Of a DNA stretch of 45,163 nt, positions 10,492 to 27,417 are shown one piece after another. The notes below the pieces were generated by a model. That model was not told the origin of the DNA. It searched no databases and saw only the letters and a list, made by a program, of their open reading frames with translations. Each line of letters opens with the position of its first letter. Position 1 is the stretch's first letter. Made by a program: the position numbers and the translations under genes. Source of the stretch: Synechococcus sp. (GTDB taxonomy: Bacteria > Cyanobacteriota > Cyanobacteriia > Thermostichales > PCC-7336); NCBI GenBank assembly GCA_051439605.1, contig JBFRWN010000112.1, positions 1-45,163 of the forward strand, written 5' to 3'.

Positions 10492-11619
10492 CTACCACTG
10501 CAATAAGATGGCTTCTTGCGAAAACCCCGGCCCCATCGCCACCATCAACCCATATGAGCCGGGCGGTGGCGGATCGCCTGCCAGACAAGCATCGAGAATG
10601 AACAACACCGTTGGCGATGACATGTTGCCGTACTTAGCCAGGGCATCACGGCTGGATTGGAGGAGCTGTTCATCTAAGCCAAATTCAGCTTCGACGGCCT
10701 GAATAATCTTGGGGCCGCCAGGATGGACAAGCCAGCGAGCGATATCGTCAATGGCCAATCCGTGTTCGGCGAGTAATGGGTCAATGGCTTGGCGCAGCCC
10801 GACTTTGACGTGGTCGGATACTTCGGGCCGCAAGATGTTGCGGGTGCCTGTATTGACGACCTCCATGCCCATGAGGTGGACGGTGTTGGGCAGCAACACC
10901 GAGCGGCGATCGACCACTCGCGGGTGCTCGGATTGGCTGGCAAGGGGATGTTCGTCGCCCACCATCAACACGGCAGCAGCTCCGTCACTAAACAGAGCAG
11001 CGGTGACGATGGTCATGATGATGTCGCTGTATTGCGAAGGATCGTTGGGAAGCTGGGTAATCATCGAGTACATATCCCGTTGCAGTGGCCCTTGCCACAG
11101 ACCGGATGACAGCTCGACCGAGAACAAGATTGAGGCTTCGTCGGGATGGCCGGAGAGATAGTCGGCAGCCCGCGACACGCCGATGGCACTGCCCATGCAG
11201 CCAACACCACCCAGCGGCATTCGCACGAGATTGGGCGAGAACGGCAGTTGATTCATCAGCCGTGCGTCTAAAGAGGGAACCGCCGGAATCAGCGATACTG
11301 AGGTGATTTGGTTGATGTCTTGGGGGGTTAGACCGACTGTATCCAGCAGTCGCGTCACCGTATCGGCCACCAAATCGACGCTCATCTTGACCGCATTCCC
11401 GACGGTTTCTTCCATACCGTTGGGTGGGTCGAAAAAACTGTCGAGTGGAAAGGCGCAGTAGCGACCGTCGATTTTGACATTGGTGAAAAAGCGGTCAATA
11501 CTGTCGAGGTCGAAGTCAAGTTCCATGGCTAAGCAGTACTTTCGCAATGCCGCTGCCATGACATCTTGAGGATAGTAGTGGGGGGGCAGCCCCGTCGATG
11601 TGGCGATGATGTGGGCCAT
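10492..11619 (-). CDS. Type III polyketide synthase
   Basis: Catalytic triad Cys (GGVGCMG), His (HPGGPKII) and Asn (YGNMSSPT); C-terminal AMGPGFSQE. Confidence 0.95.
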   Translation of the reverse strand: MAHIIATSTGLPPHYYPQDVMAAALRKYCLAMELDFDLDSIDRFFTNVKIDGRYCAFPLDSFFDPPNGMEETVGNAVKMSVDLVADTVTRLLDTVGLTPQDINQITSVSLIPAVPSLDARLMNQLPFSPNLVRMPLGGVGCMGSAIGVSRAADYLSGHPDEASILFSVELSSGLWQGPLQRDMYSMITQLPNDPSQYSDIIMTIVTAALFSDGAAAVLMVGDEHPLASQSEHPRVVDRRSVLLPNTVHLMGMEVVNTGTRNILRPEVSDHVKVGLRQAIDPLLAEHGLAIDDIARWLVHPGGPKIIQAVEAEFGLDEQLLQSSRDALAKYGNMSSPTVLFILDACLAGDPPPPGSYGLMVAMGPGFSQEAILLQW

Positions 11620-11631
11620 GATGCTGCCTCG

Positions 11632-14600
11632 TTAGGAACTGTGAAGGGGAAGGGTTTGGAGTAGCTGTTGCGCGATGTGTTGGAGCAGAGCTTCCCGCTC
11701 GCTGTGAATGAAGAAGTGATCGCCAGAGAACATCTGGAGCGAGAAGTCAGAGCGGGTTTGGTCGCGCCAGGCGGCGATCGCCTCCATGCCAATTTTTCGA
11801 TCCCGCTTGCCGCCAAAAGCCGATATCGGACAGGTGAGTGGATCGCCTCCGGTGTAGAAGTAGGTTTCGAGGATGGCGAAATCCGCCCGCAATACCGGTA
11901 AAAACATCTGCATTAGCTCCGGATTGTCGAGCACCTCAGCCGATGTACCGTTGTATTCCCGCAGCTTGGAGATGAACTGTGGGTCAGGCAGGCGATGGAT
12001 GGGGGCGGCGAGATCGGGCAGGTGCGGGGCAAGACTGCTGGAGACAAATAGGCGAGCTGGCTCTGGCAGATTCTGCTGACGCAGAGCGCGGACCGTTTCA
12101 AAGGCAATCGTTGCTCCCAGGCTATGCCCGTAGAAGGCAAAGGTCGTGTCGAGGTAGGGCACCAGCGCCGGTACCAGCCCATCAACCACGGCTTTGATGC
12201 GAGTCAGCGGTGACTCGTCACGACGCGATTCCCGTCCAGGTAGCCGGATAATGCATAGCTCGATATCGGCGGGCAAGAGATCTGTCCAGCTTCGGAACAC
12301 AGAGGTACCGGCTCCAGCATAGGGAAAGCAAAAGAGACGGGTTTGGGCCTGGGGATTGGGATGCGGTCTGATAATCCACGGATCGTTGTCGGAGACGGAG
12401 AGCGATCGACCCTGCTTAAGGACTGGAGATGGGTTGGGGATCGAATGTTGCCGCTCGATGAGAATCAGCACTTGGGTCAAAAACTCATCGATACCGAGGT
12501 CGGCGAAAAATTCAACTGGCACGTTGATGGCAAAGTCGGCTTGAATGCGCTGCCTCAGATCGGCTGCCATCAACGAATCGAGTCCCAGCCCCGATAGCGT
12601 CTGCTTGGGAGCTAACGCAGATGCAGGCAACTTGGCCACGGTAGCTAACAGGCTGGTGAAGTAGGGTTCTAGCAGTTCTCGGCGTTGCTCGTGTTGAGTC
12701 AGAATGCTGTCGCGTAAATGCGACCGTTCGGCCGCCCGATCGTGCTCGGCGGAGCACTCGGACTGGCTGCGAAGGCTGCTATCGGTTGGCATGATGTCAG
12801 GAGCGGTTGGCATCGTTCGCCCTGATATTTCGGTCAGCACGCTGAGCAATTTGGGCAGCAGTGCCGCTTCATTGCTCGACAGTTTCCCCGATGAGATCAC
12901 CTGCCAAGCCAGTTGTTCGGTGCGCTCGGGGGTGAAGCGAAACTCACTGGAAGAGCCGAGGCTATCCACCCAGTAACGCTGACGCTGGAAGGGATAGGTC
13001 GGCAAATCGAGACGCTGACTTGTCCGATCGCTCTCGAATCCCGACCAATTCACGCCCGCCCCTCGGCAATAAAGTTCGCTGACGCTTTCCAGCAATTGTT
13101 GCCAGTCTTGCCGTCCCGAACGCAGGCTAGGTAGCCACAATCGTCGGTCATCAGCAGGCAGGCAATAGCGGCCCATGCCCACCAGCACCGGCTGAGGGCC
13201 AAGTTCTAGATAAACCTGGTAGCCCATCGCATGCAGCGTCTCCATGCTGGCGGCGAACTGGACAGGCTGGCGGATATGGCGACACCAGTAGTCAGGGGTA
13301 GCGAGCGCCTCTGTAGCGATCTGGCCGGTGAGATTGGAAACGATGCCGATTGTTGGTGGTGCAAACCGAATGCTGCGAGCGACTGACTCGAACTCGGCCA
13401 GCATGGGTTCCATCAGCGGCGAGTGAAACGCGTGGGAGACGCTAAGGGGTTTGGTGTCGATACCGTCAGCGCTGAAGCAGGCGATCGCCCCGTCAAGGGC
13501 ATCCTGCTTGCCGGAAATCACAATGCACTCCGGGCCGTTGACTGCTGCAATCGCTAGGTCTGGGCGATCGCCAATAACGGCGGCAACGCGGTCGCGGCTG
13601 GCAAACACTACGGCCATACCGCCGTCTTGGGGTAAGGCTTGCATCAGCTTGGCCCGCATGGCGATCGCCTTTAGGCCATCTTCTAAGCTAAAGACTCCCG
13701 CAACGCAGGCGGCGACATATTCCCCAACGCTGTGGCCCATCACCACCGAGGGCACAATTCCCCACGAGCGCCACAGCTCGTACAAGCTGTACTCCAAGGC
13801 GAATAAGGCTGGCTGCGTACAGGCTGTCTGGTGAAGGGCGGAAGCATCGCCGGATTCGGGATACAGCACCGACAGCAGGGGAACGTCTAAGTACGGCTCC
13901 AAGATTTCAGCACAGTGATCGAGAGACTGACGAAAGACGGGCTGCGTGTTGTAGAGCTGACGGCCCATGCCAATGTATTGCGAGCCTTGGCCGGTGAATA
14001 AAAACACGACTTTGGGGGGATCGTCGCACTGGTCGCGAACAACACCAACGGTGGATTCGCCTCGGACAAATGCCGCTAGGCGATCGCGTAACTCGGCGGG
14101 TGACGCGGCGATCGCCGCCAAGCGACAGTCAAAGTGCGATCGGCCGACGTTCGCGGTGGCGCAGATGTCAGCTAGCGAACTGTCATGATGCTCGCTTAGA
14201 TAGGCAACGTAACGTTCGGCCAAGCTGCGGAGAGCGGCATCGATTTTAGCGGAGAGTGCCAACAGGTGAAGCGGTCGGGTGCTCTCATCTGCCGAGGACG
14301 GTGACGGTGATGGAGCAGCTTCCAACACAACGTGAGCATTGGTACCGCTGAAGGCGAAGGAACTCACACCGGCCAGTCGCTGCCCTGCGCAATTCCACCC
14401 TTGGTGTTGAGTGGTGACGCGGACGGGCAAGTTATTCCAATCGACATAGGGATTGGGCTGTTGGAAATGGAGGTGAGCTGGGAGTTCGCCCTGTTGGAGG
14501 GCGAGCACTACCTTCATGAGTCCGGCGACACCGGCAGCCCCTTCGAGATGGCCGATGTTGGTTTTGACCGAGCCGAGGGCGAGCGGACGATCGGGCGAGC

Positions 14601-15699
14601 GGTGTTGGCCGAAGACAGCCCCCAACGCTCCCACTTCGATGGGGTCGCCCAGCGAAGTGCCCGTACCGTGGGCTTCGATATAGCTCACCTGGCTGGGATC
14701 GACGTTGCCGTTGGCTAAAGCCTCTCGGATGACCGCTTGTTGAGCGGGGCCGTTAGGGACGGTGAGACCACTGCTGCGACCGTCTTGGTTCACCGCCGAG
14801 CCGCGAATCAGCGCCAAGACGGTATCGCCCTCTTGCTGTGCGTCGGAGAGGCGCTTGAGCACAATCGCCCCACAGCCCTCGCCGCGAATATAGCCATCAG
14901 CAGCGGCATCGAAGGTCTTGCAGCGTCCGTCAGGAGCCAACATGTGCGCCTTGGCAAAGTTCACCGTCGATTCTGGCGACAGCAGTAGATTGACCCCGCC
15001 GGCGATCGCTAGATTGCTTTCGCAATTGCGCAGGCTTTGACAGGCTAAATGAATGGCAACTAGCGAAGACGAACAAGCGGTATCGACCGCTAGGCTCGGC
15101 CCTTGTAAGCCTAAGAAATACGAAAGTCGGCCGGCAGCAACACTGTGGGCGTTGCCGGTGCCCATGTAAGCATCAATGGTGTCGATACCCTGAGCTAGGA
15201 GGCGCTGCGAATAATCGCTACTGCAAATACCGACAAACACCCCTGTTTTGCTGCCCGTCAGCTGCTCAGCAGCAATGCCAGCATGCTCTAGCGCTTCCCA
15301 GCTCACCTCCATCCACAGTCGATGTTGCGGATCGAGGCTGAGGGCCTCGCGTGGGGTCATGCCGAAAAATTGCGGGTCGAAGGCGTCGGGCTGGTCGATG
15401 AAACCGCCGTAACGGGTGTAGATCTTCCCCGGCGTGTGGGGATCGGGATCGAAATAGGCATCCACATCCCAGCGGTCGGTCGGCACCTCGGAGATCGCGT
15501 CTACTCCGTCGCGCAAGAGCGCCCAAAATTCTGACGGATTGTTCGCTCCGCCGGGAAAGCGGCAGCCCATACCGACGATGGCAATCGGTTCGACCTTGGC
15601 TTTTTCCACAGAATCGAGTCGGGCGCGCATTTGCCGCAACTCCAGCAGCGCCTTCTTCATTAAGGTCGGATAGTCCGGTGTGGTAGGAGGGGTTCCCAT
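11632..15699 (-). CDS. Type I PKS module 3: KS-AT-ACP-TE
   Basis: N-terminal docking helix; KS DTACSSS/HGTGT/GHLE; malonyl AT GHSVG/HAFHS; ACP LGLDSL; thioesterase [19 protein letters not shown]. Start overlaps the upstream stop (TAATG). Confidence 0.95.
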   Translation of the reverse strand: MGTPPTTPDYPTLMKKALLELRQMRARLDSVEKAKVEPIAIVGMGCRFPGGANNPSEFWALLRDGVDAISEVPTDRWDVDAYFDPDPHTPGKIYTRYGGFIDQPDAFDPQFFGMTPREALSLDPQHRLWMEVSWEALEHAGIAAEQLTGSKTGVFVGICSSDYSQRLLAQGIDTIDAYMGTGNAHSVAAGRLSYFLGLQGPSLAVDTACSSSLVAIHLACQSLRNCESNLAIAGGVNLLLSPESTVNFAKAHMLAPDGRCKTFDAAADGYIRGEGCGAIVLKRLSDAQQEGDTVLALIRGSAVNQDGRSSGLTVPNGPAQQAVIREALANGNVDPSQVSYIEAHGTGTSLGDPIEVGALGAVFGQHRSPDRPLALGSVKTNIGHLEGAAGVAGLMKVVLALQQGELPAHLHFQQPNPYVDWNNLPVRVTTQHQGWNCAGQRLAGVSSFAFSGTNAHVVLEAAPSPSPSSADESTRPLHLLALSAKIDAALRSLAERYVAYLSEHHDSSLADICATANVGRSHFDCRLAAIAASPAELRDRLAAFVRGESTVGVVRDQCDDPPKVVFLFTGQGSQYIGMGRQLYNTQPVFRQSLDHCAEILEPYLDVPLLSVLYPESGDASALHQTACTQPALFALEYSLYELWRSWGIVPSVVMGHSVGEYVAACVAGVFSLEDGLKAIAMRAKLMQALPQDGGMAVVFASRDRVAAVIGDRPDLAIAAVNGPECIVISGKQDALDGAIACFSADGIDTKPLSVSHAFHSPLMEPMLAEFESVARSIRFAPPTIGIVSNLTGQIATEALATPDYWCRHIRQPVQFAASMETLHAMGYQVYLELGPQPVLVGMGRYCLPADDRRLWLPSLRSGRQDWQQLLESVSELYCRGAGVNWSGFESDRTSQRLDLPTYPFQRQRYWVDSLGSSSEFRFTPERTEQLAWQVISSGKLSSNEAALLPKLLSVLTEISGRTMPTAPDIMPTDSSLRSQSECSAEHDRAAERSHLRDSILTQHEQRRELLEPYFTSLLATVAKLPASALAPKQTLSGLGLDSLMAADLRQRIQADFAINVPVEFFADLGIDEFLTQVLILIERQHSIPNPSPVLKQGRSLSVSDNDPWIIRPHPNPQAQTRLFCFPYAGAGTSVFRSWTDLLPADIELCIIRLPGRESRRDESPLTRIKAVVDGLVPALVPYLDTTFAFYGHSLGATIAFETVRALRQQNLPEPARLFVSSSLAPHLPDLAAPIHRLPDPQFISKLREYNGTSAEVLDNPELMQMFLPVLRADFAILETYFYTGGDPLTCPISAFGGKRDRKIGMEAIAAWRDQTRSDFSLQMFSGDHFFIHSEREALLQHIAQQLLQTLPLHSS

Positions 15700-18600
15700 T
15701 ACGAATTGCTGTCCTCTATAGCCGTGAGTTCGCGAGCCAGCAAATCAGCTAGTTCGCTCTGAGACAGATCGTCAAGTCCGTCTGATGGTGCGTCGCTCTC
15801 TGGAGACGGTGCTGTGGGTGAAGTCATGGGCACGATCGCCCCCCGATCCGTGCCGAGTAAAGGCGACTGTTCGGTGGGGATGTCGAGCATCAGCACGTCT
15901 CTTGCGAGATAATTCGCCAGCGCCTCAGCATTGGGGTAGTCGAAGGCGGCGGTACTGGGAATTGTGCAATCGAGACTGGTTTGCAGCCGGTTCCTCAGCT
16001 CTACCGAAGTCAAAGAGTCCATGCCTAAGTCGGCAAATCCTTGGCGGAGGTCGATCTCTTCAGGCGAGCTGGCCCCCAAGACGCGAGCGATTTGAGACCG
16101 CACGAACTGAATCAGCAGGGCTTGGCGATCGCCCGGTGGTGCAGCCGCCAACTGGTCGAGGAATACCGGTTGGGTGGTTGCAGACTGCTGAGTGGATGGA
16201 GCCACATCCTCCAAAAATGGCCAGTCCGTGCCCGGCGGCAGTTGCGTCCGAAACGTCGACCAGTTGATGGGAAGCACCCCCACTTGAGTCGCTCCCTGCT
16301 CCAGCAGCTCTCCCATCACGGTCAAGCCGCGATCCGGAGGAATCGGCTCGGCACCTTGCGCAGCCAGTCGCTTGCGATCGCGCTGTTGCAGCTCGGCGGC
16401 CATGCCCGACTGAGCCCACGGCCCCCAGTTGACGCTCAGCCCCGGTAAACCGACGTGACGGCGGTGATGGGCCAAGGCGTCCATAAAGGCATTCGCCGCA
16501 GCGTAGTTCCCCTGACCGGGAGAACCTAGCAATGCAGAGGCTGACGAAAAACAGACAAACCAATCGAGGGACAGTGACTGCGTAGCCGCGTGTAAATTCC
16601 AAGCACCGGCAACTTTGGGAGCCATCACCGCCTCGAACCGTTCCCACTGTTGCTGCATCAGCACGCCGTCATCTAACACTCCGGCGGCATGAATGAGACC
16701 TCGCAGGGGTGGCATAGAGGTTTGAATGCGTTCGAGTACTCGGGCCACATCGTCCGACAGAGCGACATCGGCCTTGGCGATCGCCACCGTTGCCCCCGAT
16801 GCTTCTAACTCGTTCACAGCGTTCCGAGCATCCCCGACAACTCCCCTGCGACTGGTCAGCACTAGATGCTGCGCTCCTTTGGCGACCAACCAGCGAGCGA
16901 CTTCCAGCCCCAGCGCCCCCAGACCGCCGGTAATCCAATAGGTGCAGTCCGGACGAACAACCGGCTGATGGGGCTGTCGAGCGCTAGTCGGCACCGGAAT
17001 CGAGATGACCACCTTACCAATGTGCTTAGCTTGAGCCATGTAGCGAAAGGCGTTGACGACCTCGCTCACGGGAAACACCTTGTGGGGCAAAGGCACGAGA
17101 TGGCCGCTGTCAAACTCCGGCATCAGCTCGTCGAGCATCGCCCGAATGGCGGGGGGGGTATCGGTGGAAATATCCAGCAGGTCAAAGGGGTGATAGCCCA
17201 CATCGGGGCGCAGGTCGCTCACCTGACGATCGCCCCAGATACCCAATTTGCCAATTTCGACAAACCGGCCCTCGGGGGCCAAGACCTGCAGGCTCTTGGG
17301 AATGAACTCGCCGTTGAGACTGTTGAGTACGACATCAACGCCCTGCCCCTGCGTTGCGGCCATGACTTCGTCGGCAAACTCAAGGGTGCGCGAATTCATC
17401 ACCCGTTTAACGCCGGTGCTCTGGAGAAAGGCCCACTTGCCCTGGCTCGCCGTTCCCCATACCTCTGCCCCTGCCTGTTGAGCCAGCTGTACGGCAGCCT
17501 GACCGACACCGCCCGCCGCTGAATGAATTAAGACGCGATCGCCCGCTTTCACCTGTGCCCACTGGCAGAGACCGTGATAGGCCGTCAGGAAGGCGATGGG
17601 AATGGTTGCAGCAGCCTCGAAGCTGAGGTTTTGCGGCTTGTAGGCGACAAAATCCGCTGGAACGGTGACGTAACTGCTCAAACTGCCAATGGCTTGAGCC
17701 GCCACCACTTCGTCACCGACCGCAAATGCTGTGACCCCCTCACCGACGGCTACAATCGTGCCCGCACATTCGCCTCCAAAGGGCATGTCGGTGCTGGACT
17801 CAATGCCTAGCTGTTCGGAATACTCGCGCAGCATGCCCAAGGCATTGAGCACATCTCGGAAATTTAGCCCCGTTGCCCGCACTTCAATTTCCACTTCGCC
17901 CGGCTGCGGCGATCGCCTCTGCATCGGCGCGAGGGTGAGATTTTCGAGAATGCCGTACTCGGAAATTTTGATTTGAAAGGGTTCCGTAGGCAGAGATTCC
18001 TTCTGCGCCGATTGAGGCGAATATCTCACCAGCCGAGCTACGTGGCGATCGCCCTGACGGTAAGCAATGCGATCTTCGCGGTCGGGAGAGAGGAGATCGT
18101 TAATTAACATCAGGCTAGTGTCGCGATCGCCAGACGGATCGAGATCGACACGCACGCATTTGAAGTCGGGATGCTCTAGAGCGATCGCCCCTCCTAATCC
18201 CCAAAGTGGAGCCTGTTCAACAGCGATAGGGGGTCGCTCGGCATCAATGGCTTGAGCACCTCGCGTTATCAGCCATAATCGCGGCATTGCTGAGGACGAA
18301 CGAGCGGCAAGGGCTTGAACTAGGTGGAGGACGCTACCGCAGCTATGGAGTTGAGATGCTTGCAGTGACTCTGAAGACGTCGATTCCTGGCAGTCCAAAC
18401 TCCACAGATGCACGACACCGTGCAGGGGGTCGTTGCTCGCTACCGCACTCAGGAGTTGCTGGAAGTCTTGCGGGCGAGCCGGATTGACAACATACGTCGA
18501 CTCGTCGAGCTGACAGAATGATTCGCCAACAGTGACGGTCACCGGGCGATCGCCCCGTTCCCGCAATTGTTGGGCCACTGTGGTACCAACGTCGCCAGCG

Positions 18601-21600
18601 TCGCAAAAGAGCAACCACTGCCTCGAGGGTCGGTGCCCGTTGTGGGTCGATGCCGAAGTGACTAGAGGCTGCGGATTCCAAGAGGTGCGGTACAGCCAAC
18701 TGCCAGTATCGACCTCAGTTTGCAACATGCGCTGGATAACCTTGCGGCTCACGCTGCGCAGCGACAGTCCGCTGACATCGGCAACGAGAATACCGGTCTC
18801 GTCTAACAGTTGTACGTCAGCGACGAGCAGTTGTTGCTTGGCACCTTTAATGTCGCGAATCTTGGCTCGACTCCACACCTGCGCACCCGGACGGCGGTAG
18901 AGGGTCAATGACTCAATACCCACCGGCATGTAGGTATCGCGTCTGCCGTTATCGGGGGCGATCGCCCCGAGTATTTGGAAGCAGGCATCGAGTAACGCCG
19001 GATGCAGGTGATACTGACCGACCTCAGCGGTTAGATCCTCTGCCAGTCGCATTTGTCCGAGGGCCGTTCCGTCAGCTTGTTGCCAGAGGTTCTGAAGTCC
19101 CTGGAAGCTGGGGCCGTAGTCCATGCCGCGCTCGCGGAAGCGTTGATAGTGGGCATCGACTGCTATCGGAGTGCCACGTTCAGCCTGCTGCAGCGGTGCA
19201 ATGTCGCTAGTTTCTGTAGCGGTTCGAGCTGGCGCTGCTTGAATCTCGCCAGTCGCATGAAGCGTCCAGTCGGATTCCTCAACCGCATCGAGAGTTTTGG
19301 CACTGAAAATCTGGAACGAATACGCTGCGTCGGTTTTGGGAGAGAGGATGAGCTGGACAGTTGCGGGCGTATCCCCACTCAGAACCAGCGCTTGCTTGAT
19401 GGCAATGTCGCTGACACTCAGGTGTTGAGAACGAAGTGCTGATGTACCAGCGGCGATCGCCATTTCAACGTAAGCCGTTGCCGGAACGACAACCGCCTGA
19501 CAAATCTGATGGTGCGCTAGCCAACTCTGAGTATCGAGAGCGAGCCGGGATTCATACTGAATGTGCTGGAGTGCTGACTGTAACCGCTGTCCTAGCAACG
19601 GGTGCGAACGAGTGCTGCCGTAACGGTTAGTGGCCTTGACGACAGGGGGTTCAGTCGGCTGACGGACTTGGCTAGTACTGTGGGGGCGAACCCAAAATCG
19701 CTGTCGCTGGAACGGATAGGTCGGTAGCAAAACCGCTTGACGATGGTAGTCGCGGTCGAAGCCCGACCAATCGATGTCTGCACCAGAGGCATAGAGTGTG
19801 GCCAGACTCTGGAGTAACCGATGCCAGTCTTCGCGACCGGGTCGCAAACTCGGCAGCCAGTGAGCGTTGTCATGCCGATCGGGCACGCACAGTCGTCCCA
19901 TGCCGAGCAACGTGGGCTTAGGCCCGACTTCCAGCCAAGCATCGTAGCCCTGCCGAGCTAGGGTCTGAACGCTGCTGGCAAACAATACCGGCTGGCTGAT
20001 GTGACGACACCAATAGTCGGCGCTGGCGATCGCCCCAGTTGCCGTTTGACCGGTCACGTTTGAAATGAGTTCGATCTGGGGTGGCGAATAAGCAATCGTG
20101 CGGGCCACGGCTTCGAACTCCGCCAGCATTGGTTCCATCAGCGGCGAGTGAAACGCGTGAGACACCCGTAGCGGTTTAACCTTGATGCCCTGCTGTTTTA
20201 GCGTCGAGCAGACGCGATCGACAATCGACTTGCGACCGGAAATAACGGTGCTATTCGGGCCATTGATGGCGGCGATCGCCACGTCCCCAGCGTAGGGTTT
20301 GATGGCATCGCGGACCAGCTGAGCGTCAGCTAGCAGCGATACCATTGCTCCATCGCGCGGCAACTGCTGCATCAATCGGGCGCGGGTGGCCAACAGCTGC
20401 AGCCCTTCTTCCAAACTGAAAACCCCTGCCAAGCAGGCGGCGACATATTCGCCAACACTGTGACCCATGACGGCACTGGGCCGAACGCCCCACGATAGCC
20501 AGAGCTGAGCTAGTGCGTATTCCAGTGCAAATAGAGCGGGTTGAGTGTAGGCCGTATCGTTTAACGGAGATCGCCGACCAGCTGGCGGATATAACACTGA
20601 CAGCAACGGTTGCTCTAGATAAGGGGCCAGAATATCTGCACAGCGATCGAGTGCCGCTCGGAAGGTCGGCTGGGTCTCGTAAAGCTGGCGACCCATATCG
20701 ACATACTGAGACCCTTGGCCGGTGAAGAGAAAGACCACCCTCGGGTGACTGGCTCGTGGGAAATGACCAGTCGTCATGTCAGCCGAACTTTGGCCGGGTG
20801 AATAAGTGGCTAATTTGTCGCGTAATTGCTGAGGTGACGAGGCGATCGCCGCCAGTCGATAGGCGAAGTGAGAGCGTCCAGTATTGGCAGAACAGCAGAG
20901 GTCAGCGAGTGACTGCTCGGGATGGGCGGCCAGATGACGTTTGTAACGACGCGCCAGATCGAGGAGGGCTTTTTCCGATTTGGCCGATAGGGTCAGCAGG
21001 TGGAGGGGGCGATCGCTCGTCTCGCCAGATCCTGTTTTGCTCGATTCTGTAGAAGGTGATGGTCTGCTGGGAGCTTCTTCCAACAGGATATGGGCGTTGG
21101 TCCCACTGGCCCCGAACGAACTCACCCCCGCTAGTCGCGGCTTATACCCTTGAGGCCAAGGGGTTAAGCGGGTGGGAATCGTCACCGGCAGCTCGTCCCA
21201 GTTGATATAGGGGTTGGGCTGTTTGAGATGCAGGTGGGGGGGAATCTGCTGGTGCTGTAGCGATAGGATGACTTTGATTAAGCCCGCCACACCAGCCGCC
21301 GACTCTAAATGGCCGATATTGGTTTTCACCGAGCCGACCGCAATCGGGCGATCGCCCGGGCGATTGTGTCCCAATACAGCAGCCAAGGCCCGTATCTCGA
21401 TGGGGTCGCCCAGCGACGTTCCGGTACCGTGGGCCTCAACGTAGTCCACGTCAGCTGGTGTAATGTTGGCGGCGGTCAACACGCGCTGCATCAACGCCTC
21501 TTGAGCGGCTTTGTTGGGCACGGTAAACCCGCTACTCGGCCCGTCTTGGTTGACTGCCGAGCTGCGAATTAGTGCCAAAATGCGATCGCCGTCGCGCTCG

Positions 21601-22450
21601 GCATCCGAGAGGCGTTTGAGCACTAACATGCCGCAACCCTCCCCCCGCACGAACCCATTGGCTGTGGCATCGAAGGTTTTGCAACGACCGTCAGGGGCCA
21701 TCATCCGCGCCCGCGACAGAGCCACTGTATTGTCAGGAGCCAGAATTAAGTTCACTCCCCCAGCCAACGCTAAATCGCACTCGCCATTCCGCAGACTTTG
21801 ACTGGCTAGATGCACCGATACCAACGACGACGAGCAAGCTGTATCGATAGCTATGCTCGGTCCTTGTAGCCCGAAGGTGTACGACAGTCGACCGGCAACC
21901 GCATTGAGGGGATTGCCCGCCAAGAAATACGTATCGATGGCGTTGAGATCGCCCCCCGGTACCAATAACCGTGCGTAATCATTGGTGGTGATGCCTACAA
22001 ATACCCCAGTCTGGCTGCCCGATAACTGTTTGGGGATCAGGCCGGCCCGTTCCAACGCTTCCCAGCTCACCTCCAGCAACAGCCGTTGTTGCGGGTCCAT
22101 GTTGGCGGCTTCTCGAGGTGAAATGCCAAAAAATTGCGGATCGAACTGGTCAACCTGCTGCAAAAAGCCACCGTAGCGCGTGTAGGTCTTACCGGCTGCT
22201 TCTGGATCGGGATCGTAAAACTGGTCAATATCCCAGCGCTCTGGCGGCACCTCGCCGATCGTGTCAACGCCCTGGCTCAGCACCTGCCAGAACTCTTCAG
22301 GGTTATTGGCACCGCCGGGGAAGCGGCAGCTCGTGCCGATGATGGCGATGGGTTCGGTTTTGGCCCGCTCTACAGCTTCGAGCTTGGCGATCGCCTCGTC
22401 AAGAGCGAGGAGGATGCGCTGCGAGGAAGGCTGAGTTTCGGTTCGGTTGC

Positions 22451-22454
<4 letters not shown>
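15699..22454 (-). CDS. Type I PKS module 2: KS-AT-DH-ER-KR-ACP
   Basis: [89 protein letters not shown]; docking helices at both ends. Confidence 0.95.
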
Positions 22455-27298
<4,844 letters not shown>

Positions 27299-27355
27299 AT
27301 CAAGTCCCTTGCTCTATCGCGTTACCGCTTGCACCATCAAGAAATTGAATGAAGG

Positions 27356-27371
27356 GGGCTCGCCCGAGCCC
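27356..27371 (-). other. Small GC-rich hairpin between halogenase and PKS1 (possible attenuator or stability element)
   Basis: GGGCTC-GCCC-GAGCCC; no strong U-tract. Confidence 0.25.
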
Positions 27372-27417
27372 GCAAGTCAAGTTAAGTGAGTTGCGCTTGG
27401 CACCAGACTTCGGTGAT

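Noticed and set aside
5894..15699. CurM/Ols-type sulfotransferase-thioesterase terminal-olefin release
   Set aside because: The sulfotransferase is stand-alone and several genes away, the last module has no KR to make the beta-hydroxyl, and the TE is type II-like.
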